The notes beneath the pieces are model-generated. The model searched no databases, was not told the DNA's origin, and was given only the letters and a program-made list of their open reading frames with translations. From Raja brachyura (Eukaryota), in NCBI GenBank assembly GCA_963514005.1, contig OY740798.1, positions 11,222,001-11,286,000 on the forward strand: a stretch of DNA of 64,000 bases, in the 5' to 3' direction. The first letter of the stretch is position 1. The number at the start of each line of letters is the position of its first letter. The position numbers were made by a program, and so were the translations under genes. Below are positions 13,641 through 26,100 of this stretch, one piece after another.

Positions 13641-14769
13641 TCAGGTTTAAAATATTTATGGAAAAGGACCAAGATAAAATAAAAAATAAAGTGATTACAT
13701 TAGAATCAGCCCAATTGTTCAACATTGCAGCTTGCTTAAGGACCTTTTCCAGGGCAATTGGTGATAGGTAATAAATGATGATCCTTGGCAGCAAGGCCCA
13801 GATCCCAACAATAACAAAGTCCTTCTCTTCGTTCCTACCTTCCATGTTACAGTAGAAATCAGATAACCTGGCATCTGATTATCCGGAAGTCATAATGGTC
13901 CATCATCTGGTTCACTCATGGAACGTGAGCTAGGGTTCTGGAGTGCATATACATGCATAGGGTATATGGCCAAAGCGATAGAGTAGAATATGGCCAAAGT
14001 CAAAGCCTAGAATGCATATGGTCTATGGCCAAAGCCAAGGGTCTGGAGGGTAGCCAGGGCTGGGGATAAGGTGTGTGGGTGGAGCTGGGTTGATTCTGGA
14101 CTACCATGTTACAAAAGTGAACAAATGTGCAAATACAGCCAGGGATTCGAGTGCTTGTACATTTATCACTCCAATATCACTTCATTGGATTTATTGGAAA
14201 ATTTCTTGTGTGACTGTGTAAAATAGAGGGTATTATTTGGAGTAACATCCAATAATCCCGAAAGTTTGGTAGTCTAGAACCACCAATGTTGAGTTTTATT
14301 GCAATACAAATCTTAGGTTTTATTCTTACCCACTCCTTCATCACCACTTTCCCAGCATCTATAGTTGGTTGCTACTTCTTTAACATTTTCCAGTCCTAAC
14401 AATACATATTGGGCTGAGATCTTAACTGTTTTTCTCTCCAGTTTCTTTTATCCTTTCCTTTACTGGAAAAAAGTTATATTGATCATGATAATCACCACTC
14501 ACTTTGCTATCAACAACACATGCTAGAACATGTGTACATTTTTATGTACCTTAACCGTGGTTCTTTACAATCTACATACCATATTGATACCAAAATATAA
14601 TGCTGTGTAATTTCAACGCAGACTTATTATTGGAAATATCAAGAGGTGGTGATTCACATGTTTATTGGCTAGCAAATGCCACTGCATTTCAACTCATGCC
14701 ATTGACCTCAAACATAATAATGTCCACATTCATCTAGATGTTCAGTCTGTTCACTGTGCCCTATTTCAC

Positions 14770-14862
14770 ATCCAGGGTCTCGACCCGAAACTTCACCCAT
14801 TCCTTCTCTCCAGCGATGCTGCCTGCCCGGCTGAGTTACTCCAGCATTTTGTGTCTACCACT
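14770..14862 (+). repeat. Penelope pLTR fragment
   Basis: gggtctcgacccgaaacttcacccattccttctctccagcgatgctgcc. Confidence 0.75.
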
Positions 14863-14894
14863 TCTCATCCAATGCTGCTGCGTTTCTGCTCGAG

Positions 14895-15330
14895 TTAGCA
14901 TGCACCAAGATATAGTGAAAAGATTTGTTTGCATTCTATCCGGGCAAATCATATCATACATGAGTAAAATCAGGCTATACACATGTATCACAGGTATTAC
15001 GAAGAGCAAAATGCCAGATCACAGAGTATAGTGTTACAGAATTAAAGCATTACAGTTCCAAAGAAAAAGTGCAAGGTCCACACTCAGGTAGGTTGGAAGA
15101 TTAATTTATGGGAGGACCATTCAATAACAGGCAAGAAGCTGTTCCTGAATCTGGTGGTACTTGCTTTCAAGCGTTTGTATCTTCTGCCTGATGGGAGAGG
15201 GGAGAAGAAGAAATGACCAGATTGATAACAGTCCTTGATGGTGTCTGTTTTTTTCAAGTTGTGTGAAGTTCAGACGGAGTTTGGAAGATATTTCCATCTC
15301 CCATAACAATGTTTTGGTACACAGTGCATC
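14895..15330 (-). mobile_element. Old Rex1/Babar-type LINE 3' fragment
   Basis: aagaagctgttcctgaatctggtggtac...cttctgcctgatgggag is the reverse complement of the Rex1 motif PSGRRY..TTRFRNSF (compare 55930-55990). Confidence 0.65.
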
Positions 15331-15724
15331 CAAAGAGTAGGGTCTGAATATGTACTGTAACTAATTGGTGGTAAATGTGATGAAAGATTCTATATGAATT
15401 AAAATATTTCTTTCTTATTAAATGCAGTGGTTTTCCATGATAGAAATGCAAACTAGAATACTAAAGTGGGAAATACGGTAACATTTGGGGCTGTGAGAAC
15501 AGAGAAAAGCAGGAATGAATATGTGCATCTTCAGTGTATCTGGCCCGCAGCAGAGACAGAATTTTACAGGACTAGGAACAAGGGATAAGATCCTGCACAT
15601 GAGAAAAAGATGGCATGGGGTATGGCAAGTAATCTTTTTTTAGGATTTTTTTAAAATTTTATGATCTGCCATTTCAGATGTTTCCTCTGCAAATCAGTGA
15701 TGGAAGGTCAATATGTACCTGAGA

Positions 15725-16160
15725 GTATAGAAACATAGAAAATAGGTGCAGGAGTAGGCCATTCGGTCCTTCAAGCCTGCACCGCCATTCAATATGATCA
15801 TGGCTGATCATCCAACTCAGTATCCTGTACTTGCCTTCTCTCCATACCCCCTGATCCCCTTAGCCACAAGGGCCATATCTAACTCCCTCTTAAATATAGC
15901 CAATGAACTGGCCTCAACTACTTTTTGTGGCAGAGAATTCCACAGATTCACCACTCCTTGTGTGAATTATTTTTTTCTCATCTCGGTCTTAAAAGACTTC
16001 CCCCTTATCCTTAAACTGTGACCCCTTGTTCTGGACCTCCCCAACATCGGGAACAATCTTCCTGCATCTAGCCTGTCCAACCCCTTAAGAATTTTGTTAG
16101 CTTCTATAAGGTCCCCCCGCAATGTTCTAAATTCTAGCGAGTACAAGCCGAGTCTATCCA
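15725..16160 (-). mobile_element. Young CR1 LINE 3' end
   Basis: LDRLGLYSLEFRTLRGDLIEANKILKGLDRLDAGRLFPMLG..RTRGHSLRIRG; tail (TTTCTATG)n. Same subfamily as 37498-39735. Confidence 0.92.
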
Positions 16161-16379
16161 GTAATCCATATGTCACTCAAATTTATTTTTGGTTACAAAC
16201 TTTAAACCCTTGTTTCTTACTTCAATCCAACTATTTCTCTGCCTTCGTCTCTTTTGTTTGTTCACTTTCCTGCTCTTTGTTTATAGCTGTTTTCTTCAAA
16301 CTCTCCCATCATTTTCTGACTCATTCCGCTCCCTCGTTCTTTGTGTTCCGATGACTGTTTAAGCTTGGAACATTTATGC

Positions 16380-18450
16380 AGGCATACATATACTCTTGCT
16401 GTTAATGAATGACAGAAGATAAAATAACCAAAATACAGAAAAAGAAAAGTTACCTTATTAAGATGACTATTCTTTCCTTAATTATAGGTGAACGAGACTG
16501 AGAGAGGAGCTGCTATAAATTGGGACAATTCCACTACCCTCCCCCTTCTGCTTAAGGGTGCTGAGTTGTGGTACAGGCAGCTCAGCCTAAATTATATCAG
16601 GATCTCTGAAGATACTTGAATGATGCTAATGTGTTAACTATTCTGTAATTAGAAAACATACAATGGCATACGTCATAGCTAAACACTCCAGTTTATATTG
16701 AGGAGTTTAGAGGAAGGCAGGATTCTGTGGATATAATCCAACAAACATGTGCCACATTATCTTGGATACTTAGAATCTCAGTCAAAACCTCAATAACACG
16801 CCTGAGAATGTGGCATGTGTGCAAAGAAGAGTAAGCAAAGGAGTTAGGGAGCGAGTATGCACTTATGCAGGAAGGAGAGTGATATGCTTGTTTGCATTAT
16901 TTGCGGCATCATAAGTCCTTTGGTCCCTCAAATAACATGCATTATGTCAGGTAACTTACCAGCAAATACGCTAAGATAATGCATATCATCTGATAACACA
17001 AGAAACTTTAAATATAACTTCAATAAAGCTAACACGCTTGCTCTCTCTTTGTCTCAAACAAAACCACATTGGAGATTTTGAATAGAATTCTAAATATTAA
17101 AGGTAATGTCGCAAATATGCTGATTAATACAAGTAGCTAAATTACGAATCAGAACAAAGCTGTGGGTTAAGACCCAATTTTTTGAACAGTTTTCAGCTAA
17201 AATTCATTACCACCAAGAATTTGTACAGCTATATATTTACAATTAAATCTGTATTAGTAATATGGCAGTGACTACTTTGTCAAGTTGTGTCAGAAGCTTC
17301 CATGTTCTGCTCTGTTTTAAAGCCAGTTGGAATGTGTAAGAGACACAAGTTAGGGAAGCCTGCAGCAGCCTTAGGGAAAGTCATTGGGATGGCAGTTTTT
17401 CTTGTTCACATCAACACCAGTGCTGCTGTAGGCTGTTCTTAAAATGGAAACATTGTGACATTAGCAACCATCAACTAAATAGGAAACAAAATACAAAAGT
17501 GAGAGACATAGCAACCAAGGCAGGAGGAGTTCCAAAGGTATTCCATAACATTTTCAGAAGATCATAAGAAAAATATGGTAAGTCGGATCCTGATGATCTC
17601 ATCTCAGATGTCAAGTAAAACCTATTATCTTGGCCTTCATAATAAAAAAAAGCAAAAATGTTTTAGATAGCGTTCAGCTTACCTAATCAGGAAAGTTTGA
17701 GTATGTGTCTAGCTGTATAGGCATCCTTTGGTCAATCATCAGAAAATCAAAGGCAATTGGCATAACTCAACTGAAACTTTAATGCCGCATGATTGTGTCG
17801 TGTAAGCTCGTTTTGTGCGAGGGGCATTGCAGTTTAGCAGGGAGATTAACAGACGGACCAAAAGTTGGCCTCCAAACCTTGCCCTGCTGATGCCTCAAGC
17901 CCTTTGAAGTCTGACCATCATACCTGGCAAAGCAGCAGTGGGAACTAGGCTGGTGTCAGCTCTAATCACATTGCCTGCCTCAGCATGGCTAACTACAGGG
18001 TGCACTAATTGGCCCAATTGCGGATTATACCTTTTGCTACAGATTCAAGACAATAATTTAGTCAAATGATGGTTTTTATCTCCTCCTAATTAAGATTCCA
18101 AAGTGGAAAGAAATAGGATTAGACAGGCAGACTTTTTTTGTTGTTTTTCCCTCGGTCTTTTAATACTCTGTTCACTTATGTATGTTTAGTTCAACATTTC
18201 ATTCCCCTTTTTTAATAAACTTACAAAAACTTTACTCACATCATGCAAATGCACTACTTGCATAATCCCTTAATAACCTTATGTTTAGTAAAACAGCAGT
18301 CTGCAATAGAAACTTGTGAAATAAACTAGTTTGCAGTGATCTTATAACGTTATACAACAAAAGCTCATTAGTCACTAAATGGGCCCTTTAGTAACATGCC
18401 TTCAGTGTATGTGGTGGAATGTATGGAAAGAGGTAATGCATAGCTTTCTC
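16380..18450. promoter_or_regulatory. Candidate PAX6 downstream-region enhancer cluster in intron 9 (HS234/EI-like position)
   Basis: Repeat-free, 3.5-5.5 kb from exon 9. Contains homeodomain motifs (ctaatc, taattgg, ggatta, gattaa) and gccgcatgatt at about 17784. Positional inference only. Confidence 0.35.
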
Positions 18451-18516
18451 AAGTCAAACTGCACTTTTGTGTAGAATGTGCGAACATTTATAGGTTATTA
18501 AAGATATGTGTTAATG

Positions 18517-19272
18517 GAAGACAAAAATGCTGGAGAAACTCAGAGGGTGAGGCAGCATCTATGGAGCAAAGGAAATAGGCAACGTTTCGGGTCGAGACCC
18601 TTCTTCAGACTGATGGGGGGGGGGGCGGGAAGTAGAAAGGAAGAGGCGGAGACAGTGGGCTGTGGGAGAGCTGGGAAGGGGAGGGGAAAGAAGGAGAAAG
18701 CAGGGACTACCTAAAATTGGAGAAGTCAATGTTCATACCGCTGGGGTGTAAACTCGCCAAGCGAAATATCAGGTGCTGCTCCTCCAATTTACGGTGGGCC
18801 ACACTCTGGCCATGGAGGAGGCCCAGGACAGAAAGGTAGGATTCGGAATGGGAGGGGGAGTTGAAGTGCTGAGCCACCGGGAGATCTAGTTGGTTATTGC
18901 GAACCGAGCGGAGGTGTTGGGCGAAGCAATTGCCAAGCCTACGCTTGGTCTCACCGATGTAGAGCAGCTGACACCTAGAGCAGCGGATGCAACAGATGAG
19001 GTTGGATGAGGTGCAGGTGAACCTCTGCCACACCTGGAATGACTGCTTGGGTCCTTGGATGGAGTCAAGGGGGGAGGTAAAGCGACAAATGTAGCATTTC
19101 TTGCGGGTGCAAAGAAAGTGCCAGGAGAGGGGGTGGTTTGGGTGGGAAGGGACAAATTGACCAGGGAGTTACGGAGGGAGCAGTCTCTGTGGAAAGCCGA
19201 AAGGGGAGGAGATGGGAAGATGTGGCCAGTGGTGGGATCCCGTTGGAGGTGGGGAATATGTCGGAGGATTAT
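18517..19272 (-). mobile_element. Penelope-like retroelement 3' fragment (GIY-YIG endonuclease plus pLTR)
   Basis: ORF 18707..19033 FTCTSSNLICCIRCSRCQLLYIGETKRRLG..HLRSV..VAQHFN..RKLEEQHLIFRL..P.GMN is a Penelope GIY-YIG domain, followed by the pLTR with a hammerhead-like core. Confidence 0.92.
18581..18610 (-). ncRNA. Minimal hammerhead-ribozyme-like motif of the Penelope pLTR
   Basis: Minus strand gt-CTGAAGA-a-gggt-ctcg-accc-GAAA-cg-tt: CUGANGA and GAAA boxes around a short helix II. Helix I pairing is weak. Confidence 0.55.
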
Positions 19273-19799
19273 TTCTTGGGTGAAAATGTTGGAGGATTAT
19301 TTGTTAAAGGAGTGTTATTAATAGTGGCTATTTAAGTTGCTACCCAAAATATTTGTAATAAAAGCTCTATGCGTAGATAAAAATATATATGCTGGTTACA
19401 TTTGTATTATAGTCAGGGAGCTTGCTGAGCACAAACTGGTTGCCTCATTTTCTACATCACAAATTGATTCTGTAATGCGCTTTGGTTCCTGATATCGTAA
19501 ATGACAGGCATAAGATACATCTCTTATAATACATGATTTGTTTTGGCCTGTATGAGTCAACTCCCTTTTAGTACTTTGACATAGGTTTAAATCTACACGG
19601 ATAGAATAATAAGTACATTGGGAAACTGTATTTGTGAATTCTGAGGGACGCATTTTAGCCTTCAGTTTTATTTGATCTAGATTGCAGCTTGTGTGAAAGA
19701 AATGAATAAACACATTGCATTTGCAATTTTTGTAAAGGAATTCAGAAGAAATTAACACTTTCAAATATTTACCTTTTCCTCTGGAGAACACCAGCATGC

Positions 19800-21930
19800 T
19801 TCAACATTTTTATTGCTGAGCGTGAAATATCTCCATTGAAAGTAAGTTAGGGGAAGTGCAGCAGAGTAGCTGATTAACTTGCACTCAGCCACATTTGTGA
19901 TATATGCAGAAGGAGACTAATCACCTGTTTAACCGTTTGCTTTGATTTTGGTCCTACCAAAATTATTGAGGCAACCACATGATTTGGGGTGGGGGATCTT
20001 GTTTAAATAACTTTAACTGGAATTTAAACTGGCAATAAAGATTCAGCAATGTTCACAAATCTGAAAAAGTAGATTTAAAATCCTTCTTTAAGTGTCCTAA
20101 ATGCATTTTATCAATTTTGCAAGTAGGACATAAAGGTGGAAGCCAAATGTTTGATTTGAACTTTATAAATGAATTCAATACAGTACCTGAACTAAGCTGG
20201 GTGAATGCATGTTACGGTTTTTTTTAAATCCCATGCACGTTATTCAACACAAAACTCTTTAAGAATCTTAATTTTATGGAAAATTACATTCCATTACATT
20301 AATGTGTTAAGAAATTAAATAGTTATTTCTGGCAGACACTTAATTTTATGACTGCTACGTGAGTTGCTAAGTGGGTATAACAGGGAAGAATCCCAATCAA
20401 AACATCTTCAGCACTGCTCCCAAAGTGACCCAATCGGACACAATTGCCCACCCGATTAACTATTAACCATTCTCAATGCAATTAAATAATGAAAACCACT
20501 GATGACCATTAATTAAGAAAAGGGCATCCTAATTGTCAGTGGACTGAGTATTTAATGATTAATAGATTTTTTTTAAAGGGTAGATTGGGTGGTTGTAGAG
20601 GTGGGAGCATAGAAAGCAAAAAAGGATAGAAAAACTGAAAGAATAAGAGGGATGGTGACAACAGTTGCCTTATCAAGTGGTTAGTTAAGAGGCCAGAGGG
20701 TCATTGAAGGGCCACAGTGGTCACTCCAGGGTGAAGTACCAAACACCAAAGCGATGCCAACCCAAATTGACCAGCAGCTAGTGAATAAGACAAAATATGC
20801 TAATTTATTTGTGCTGCATTCCCTTGTATAAGCTGAAATAGCCAAGACAAGTGGCCTGCTTAAATGCTTTCCACTTGACAGGAGATTAAATAATATGGTT
20901 TGTCAGGGCTGCCCACTTATTTTATCTCCAGTGAAGACTCTACACAAGGACTAGAGAAGAAATAATTATCACATCACAAAAAGCCACTCCTCAAATACGC
21001 ACTCACCTTTTCATGCTTAGTTAATTAATACTTCAGCCTTAATTGGTTAACAGTTTAATGCATTTGCTATTTAGTAACAGAGGAAAGAGGGAATGGATTC
21101 ATTTCACTCCTAACACGTCAGGATTACAAACACTACAAATATCTTGGATCACTGCTGAAGTTTGAATCTGGTAGAACAGGAAAATTAACATCTATAATCA
21201 TTTCTTAAATATTCCCAGGCCAGCCACATTTTGCTTAATAAAATCGAGGAAAATAATTGTAGCGGCATTTACAGCAGAAAATATGTTCACAGTATATTAT
21301 GTCCGTTTTCACTCGGCTCACAATGCATGTTAAACTATTTTCTAAAAACTAATGTAGACATAAGGAATTGCAGATGCTGCTTTACAAAAAAAGACACAAT
21401 GTGCTGGTGTAATGCCCTAGTTAATTGAAGCCTGTGATCAGCAGTACGAATTTGTAACAATATTAACATTAAGTACTACATTGAGATTTCTATTATTTTC
21501 GTTCAATACAACATATGCTAGGAATTGCAAATGATGAATAGCAAAAATTATTAATGATGCCAGACTGTATTTTGTTGCAAAGATATTTTAATTCAGATCT
21601 ACAACAAAGAGATGGAATAAAGTACCAGCCAATCTAAGCATTTAATTTGACAAATGACCCGCAGACATATAATAGTGCACATCCTTGCCTTACAGTTTAT
21701 TCACAAGAGTTACAGAAAGAATTTTGACCCACAAACTGAAAGTGTATCAAAGAGTTCTTTGCCCTCCCCCACCCCAAACGCTTCTTCCTTTTGTGAAGAT
21801 AATAGCTTCTATGAAAAATAACTTTCTGAATAACAGTCAAATGTAAGACATAGCTCATTTTGTTATTAACTTGCAAAACAACTTATTCTTTTGTAGATTT
21901 ATTTTAAAAAAGTAAACCTCAGTGTTTCCT
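19800..21930. promoter_or_regulatory. Candidate conserved non-coding elements next to ELP4 exon 9
   Basis: Almost repeat-free and dense in TAAT/ATTA, TGACA and CAAT motifs (e.g. 20340-20560, 20780-21090). Confidence 0.35.
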
Positions 21931-21932
21931 AC

Positions 21933-22039
21933 CTCAATAGTGAACAATTTTCGTTTCAATTTGAATGCAAGATCCTTTGTATCAGGCACATCAGAGATTA
22001 AACAATTAAGCCGAGGAAGCTGACGAACATGGAATAAAC
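21933..22039 (-). CDS. ELP4: ELP4 internal coding exon (equivalent to human exon 9), 107 bp
   Basis: ttttccttaag|GT TTA TTC ... ATT GAG|gtagga; (G)[35 protein letters not shown]. Matches human [35 protein letters not shown]. Phase 1/0, in frame with the previous exon. Not in the ORF track. Confidence 0.97.
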
Positions 22040-23064
22040 CTTAAGGAAAATTTAAATTAAGAAAAAACATGCTATCATGCAGCTGCATAAATTAAACAAG
22101 CTGATAGCAGAACTCTCCACAATTACATTCCTCACTGTCCCTTTTTAAACCAGGGATCGCCATCAGAAGCAATGAAGCAAACAGTGTGATTATGCTCAAG
22201 TAATCAAGCAGAATAAGATAAACAAAAATCCTTGTTCAAGTAAAACTAATTATATTTAGGTACAGATATGACATCCACAAAAAGAATTCTGTCGGTTGTC
22301 AAAACGGAGGCCCATTTGTGATATTTTCTCTTATATTTACAGTAAGCAAATGTGGCTATCACCTTGCTTGCTGCCCAAAAGCAATGCTGAATGATCTTTA
22401 TTTTATTAAATGCACCAGTAAGCAGCCACGAAAACATGGCTTATGGGTTGGAAACCTTGACTGACTGCAGCTTTTATAAATTAAATGTATTTTGAGGCTT
22501 CAGCCATTGACAAATTGTCACATGCATTTGTGGTAAACAGCCCTTAAAAGGGGCACAACATTCAGAATGGATGTGTAAAATAAATGAATATTTGGAAATG
22601 AAGCTCATTTATGACCGTTAGGAACTGGTGTATACATGAGGTCTGCTTTTAGCTTCGAGCGGTGTGAGCTCAAATCTAAGCTGATCTTTTGTGACAGGAA
22701 CATTGGCTGAGTTGGTGCAGTCTAGTCATGGTTAAGGGAATTGGTAAGCTCACTGGCCGAGTGGCTGCCTGGCTTCCTCTGCGTGAGTATTCCCAAAAGC
22801 CTGCCTACAATGATGCACATCTGATTGAGCACTGTCTTGGTAATTTGGCTTGACAACATGCGAGTAGTTGCCATGTTACTTTCACAGTCCTAATGCACAG
22901 TAAAAGATAAACAGCCTGACCAATAGATTGCTACATTGGGAGACAGTCAAAATGCAGATTCTGAAATGAAATCAATTACTACCTTATGGCAGACAAACTA
23001 ATTAAAGAGCAAACTGTTAAATATCTATAAATCACTTGGGTACTTTGGTCACAATTAGACTTAC
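22040..23064 (-). other. ELP4: ELP4 intron 8 (1025 bp), repeat-free, candidate enhancer-bearing
   Basis: Bounded by the exon 8 donor and exon 9 acceptor. Motif cluster cattgacaaattgtcacatgcatttgtggtaaacag at about 22505-22540. Confidence 0.8.
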
Positions 23065-23173
23065 CATGATAGTCCTTGTAGATTGGATTGGTTTCTCTCT
23101 CAGAAGCATTAAATGATTCGAGACCAATCACAGTATCTGATAATTTTACCACACGGCCTATAACTGCTTTGTT
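23065..23173 (-). CDS. ELP4: ELP4 internal coding exon (equivalent to human exon 8), 109 bp
   Basis: tctgcag|AAC AAA GCA ... CAT G|gtaagt; [37 protein letters not shown] (inside ORF 22979..23281). Matches human [37 protein letters not shown]. Phase 0/1. Confidence 0.97.
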
Positions 23174-26100
23174 CTGCAGAGGATAGAAGAAAATAGATTT
23201 TAATATTTTTTTAAAAGGAAAAGAACAGAATAAGTTTAGGCTAACCCCATAAATAAATAAAGGTAACTTAAAGCTTATCAATGATTAGATAGTTCCCAAA
23301 TTCATCTTTGTTAAGATTAAAATTTTAGTGGAAAAAATATTTAGGTTACAAATACATACTACTTTGATTTATGTGAAGTAATGAAATTAAGTGAATACTT
23401 AGTTATTATTTTACATTTAAATATTTCAATTGCATTAAAAGTCACATTACTGCTGTTAGTTTTTTTTCACTGTTAGCTTCCATTGAGTAGATTTTATGGA
23501 CAGCATAATGCTTTCTTTCATGCCAATTCATCTGCTATACACCAATTGTAAATGGAAAACAGCTTCAAAGCTGCAAAGTCATTGCCCTTCAATGCATCGT
23601 TTCTTGGTGCATTTTAATAAAAGAAAACACAAAGCGTACAAAGTGTCCTGCATTAAATTATTACTGTTTAGGATGGATTGCTATTGCTAATCTATCTCTA
23701 AAGACCTTCATGTTCATGTAAAATTATCTCTCCTGTAATGCTAGGTATTAGGAAGAAAATGTACAAATAATTGCATGCTCTACGAAAGCTGACATCTTAA
23801 AACATAACAAAATTTTGCAGGATTCGTTTCTTGTTTTGTTTTTTACGATGTCCTTTTTGTTTTATGCCGTGCTTGCCTTTTATCTATTAAGACAGACCGC
23901 ATTTTAGGCTACTTTATATATTTTTGTTTTTTACGAAACGTTTCCCAATTTCTATGCTATTTCCATTTAAGTTGTTTGAGCCTTGGCTTCTATCTGTGTT
24001 TTTTATAATGTTTCAGCATGATTTGATTTTATACACTGGACTTTTGAGTTGCTGTTGGCTCAGGTTGGGGGAAGTAGGGAAATAAGAGAACTAACTGGAC
24101 ATGGTATTGCTGAGGCTGGGCTGGAGGCAGCAGTGCTGGCAACCAGTACTGAGGTGCCTCATGTGCAAAATATATTGGTAGGCAAGGCCCAGCTGAAGGG
24201 TGAGAGCTCCAGGAATACAGCAGAAGGCAAGCTTAAGGTCCCCGAGAGAGGGAAGGCCTGCACAGGAAAAAGCTGTTGGAGGTATTGAAAGATTATGCAT
24301 TGAGTTGATTAACAAAAAGACCAAGTCTATCATGGTTAAGGAAGGTAATTTAAAGTATAATTTAGGGTCATATTGTCAACAAGAGAACATTAAAAGGAGG
24401 TATGCACAAAACTTGAGATTTAATTTTTATAGGTGATCGAAGAAACTAAAAAAAAGGAAAATAACATCTGCTTTATTCAATATAATTAAATGTTTTGTGC
24501 TGATTCACAGAGGCAATAATTTTTCAAGGTTTTAAATTGTCTGCAGATAAATGATTCTTGGTTATAAAATGGGTTTAGCTAATTTTTCTGTTTTATAATC
24601 ATCTGGTACTTTGTAACAGAAATCACAATTGTTTTAATGCACATTCCTGATATAATATTGGCACATACAAAATTTTGTTAGTCATGAATTATAGTATTTG
24701 ACATAATCCAGTGCTGCAACTGCATTAAGCTGTAAAGCTGTACAAATGGACCTCATTTACAAAGATAGCTTAAAGCTGGATGTGCATTATGATGGGAGAT
24801 ACGACATGTACATTGATAAGTCCATTTGTTAAATAATCAACTTGGAATAACATGTAATTCTACTCACTTAATCACCATTTTGTATTACCAGAAAATACCT
24901 TACTATCCTTATTAATAAGTTCATGCCCAAAGGCAGTGTTACATCGCCTTTTAAGAGGACATAGTTTACCCCTTATTCTGGTCTATATTAGAGAGATCAA
25001 AAATTATTGAGGGATATCATATGTTCCAAAATAAATTAATTGTTTGGAAGGCTAGTCAAAATTATGCAGTTGTTTTTCTTTAGGGAAAAAAATTCTAATG
25101 TGTGCTAATGTACTTAGGTGAAAGCAGAGTAAGCAATAAATGACAATATTCAGGGTGTTGCACAAGCATTGAAAATAAATAAAACGTTATACTTCGGTGT
25201 TAAAAAAATCTATAGTTTACACAAATGATTCATAATTCAAAAGTCAATAGAGAAAAAAACCCATAATAAATCTGTGAATCCTATGACACTCTCCAGATAG
25301 TAGATACCCAGGTGATTTACAGTCTTACAATCGTAGTGCCAATATTATGGAACATCAACATTCTATTTATTCAGCAGAAGCATATTTGTCAACAATAAAT
25401 CTCTGACTTGATAACCAATTATGACAAAAGATACAATTCATGTTCTGCGTTTATATTGTAAAAATCTCCCAACTGAATTAATTGGTTGAGTCTGTTCACA
25501 TTTCCTACTTTTGCAACAATGATTAGCGATTGTTTTATTGTCAGTCTATGCTTGGGCTGTGGAAAAGTTCCTCCATAAACAATGTTATCAAACTACGTGA
25601 AATGACTTGACATGAAGATAGTCGATGATGCCATCTTCAATTTAATGTCATCAATTCCCCATGTTATCAAGATCTAAGTGAATGTAAAGAAAATTACCAT
25701 CAAGATGGTACCATCAGTGTATAACTCTAAATGGACCATGGGTCAACAAACAGACAAATCAATTATTTAAACCTTGTAAACTCAAGACTGTTAAAACAAA
25801 ACAGGGAAGAAAAGGGTGAGATGAAAATATTCAGACAAATGTCAGCAAGTAAATACACAAAAGCTGTTCAAAATTTAGGAGGCAATAAAAACAGCTGACT
25901 CCTGTAATGAAGGTGCTGGCTACAGATACTGAAACTTCCAAATGAGCTTATACTAATCCTGTACCAAGTGTTCGCACGTTGATGGGAGAAAAATTATAGC
26001 CTGTCATCAGAAGCAGACAGGCAGGCCTCGGTCCAGATGGGAGACTGGCTGGAAGAGGGGGCAGGTGGGAAGAATGATGGGAATGTGCTGGTATACAGAA

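Larger units (their letters stand above)
1..21932 (-). other. ELP4: Start of the large last intron of ELP4 (intron 9), continuing past the window start toward PAX6
   Basis: Follows the exon-9 donor, and no terminal exon (RLHLPPDLS...) is seen in the window. ELP4 and PAX6 being tail-to-tail is established synteny and is not itself visible here. Confidence 0.85.

Noticed and set aside
13848-14290. Possible old Tigger-like element (tacagtagaaatc...)
   Set aside because: Only one plausible terminus; too decayed to support a call.
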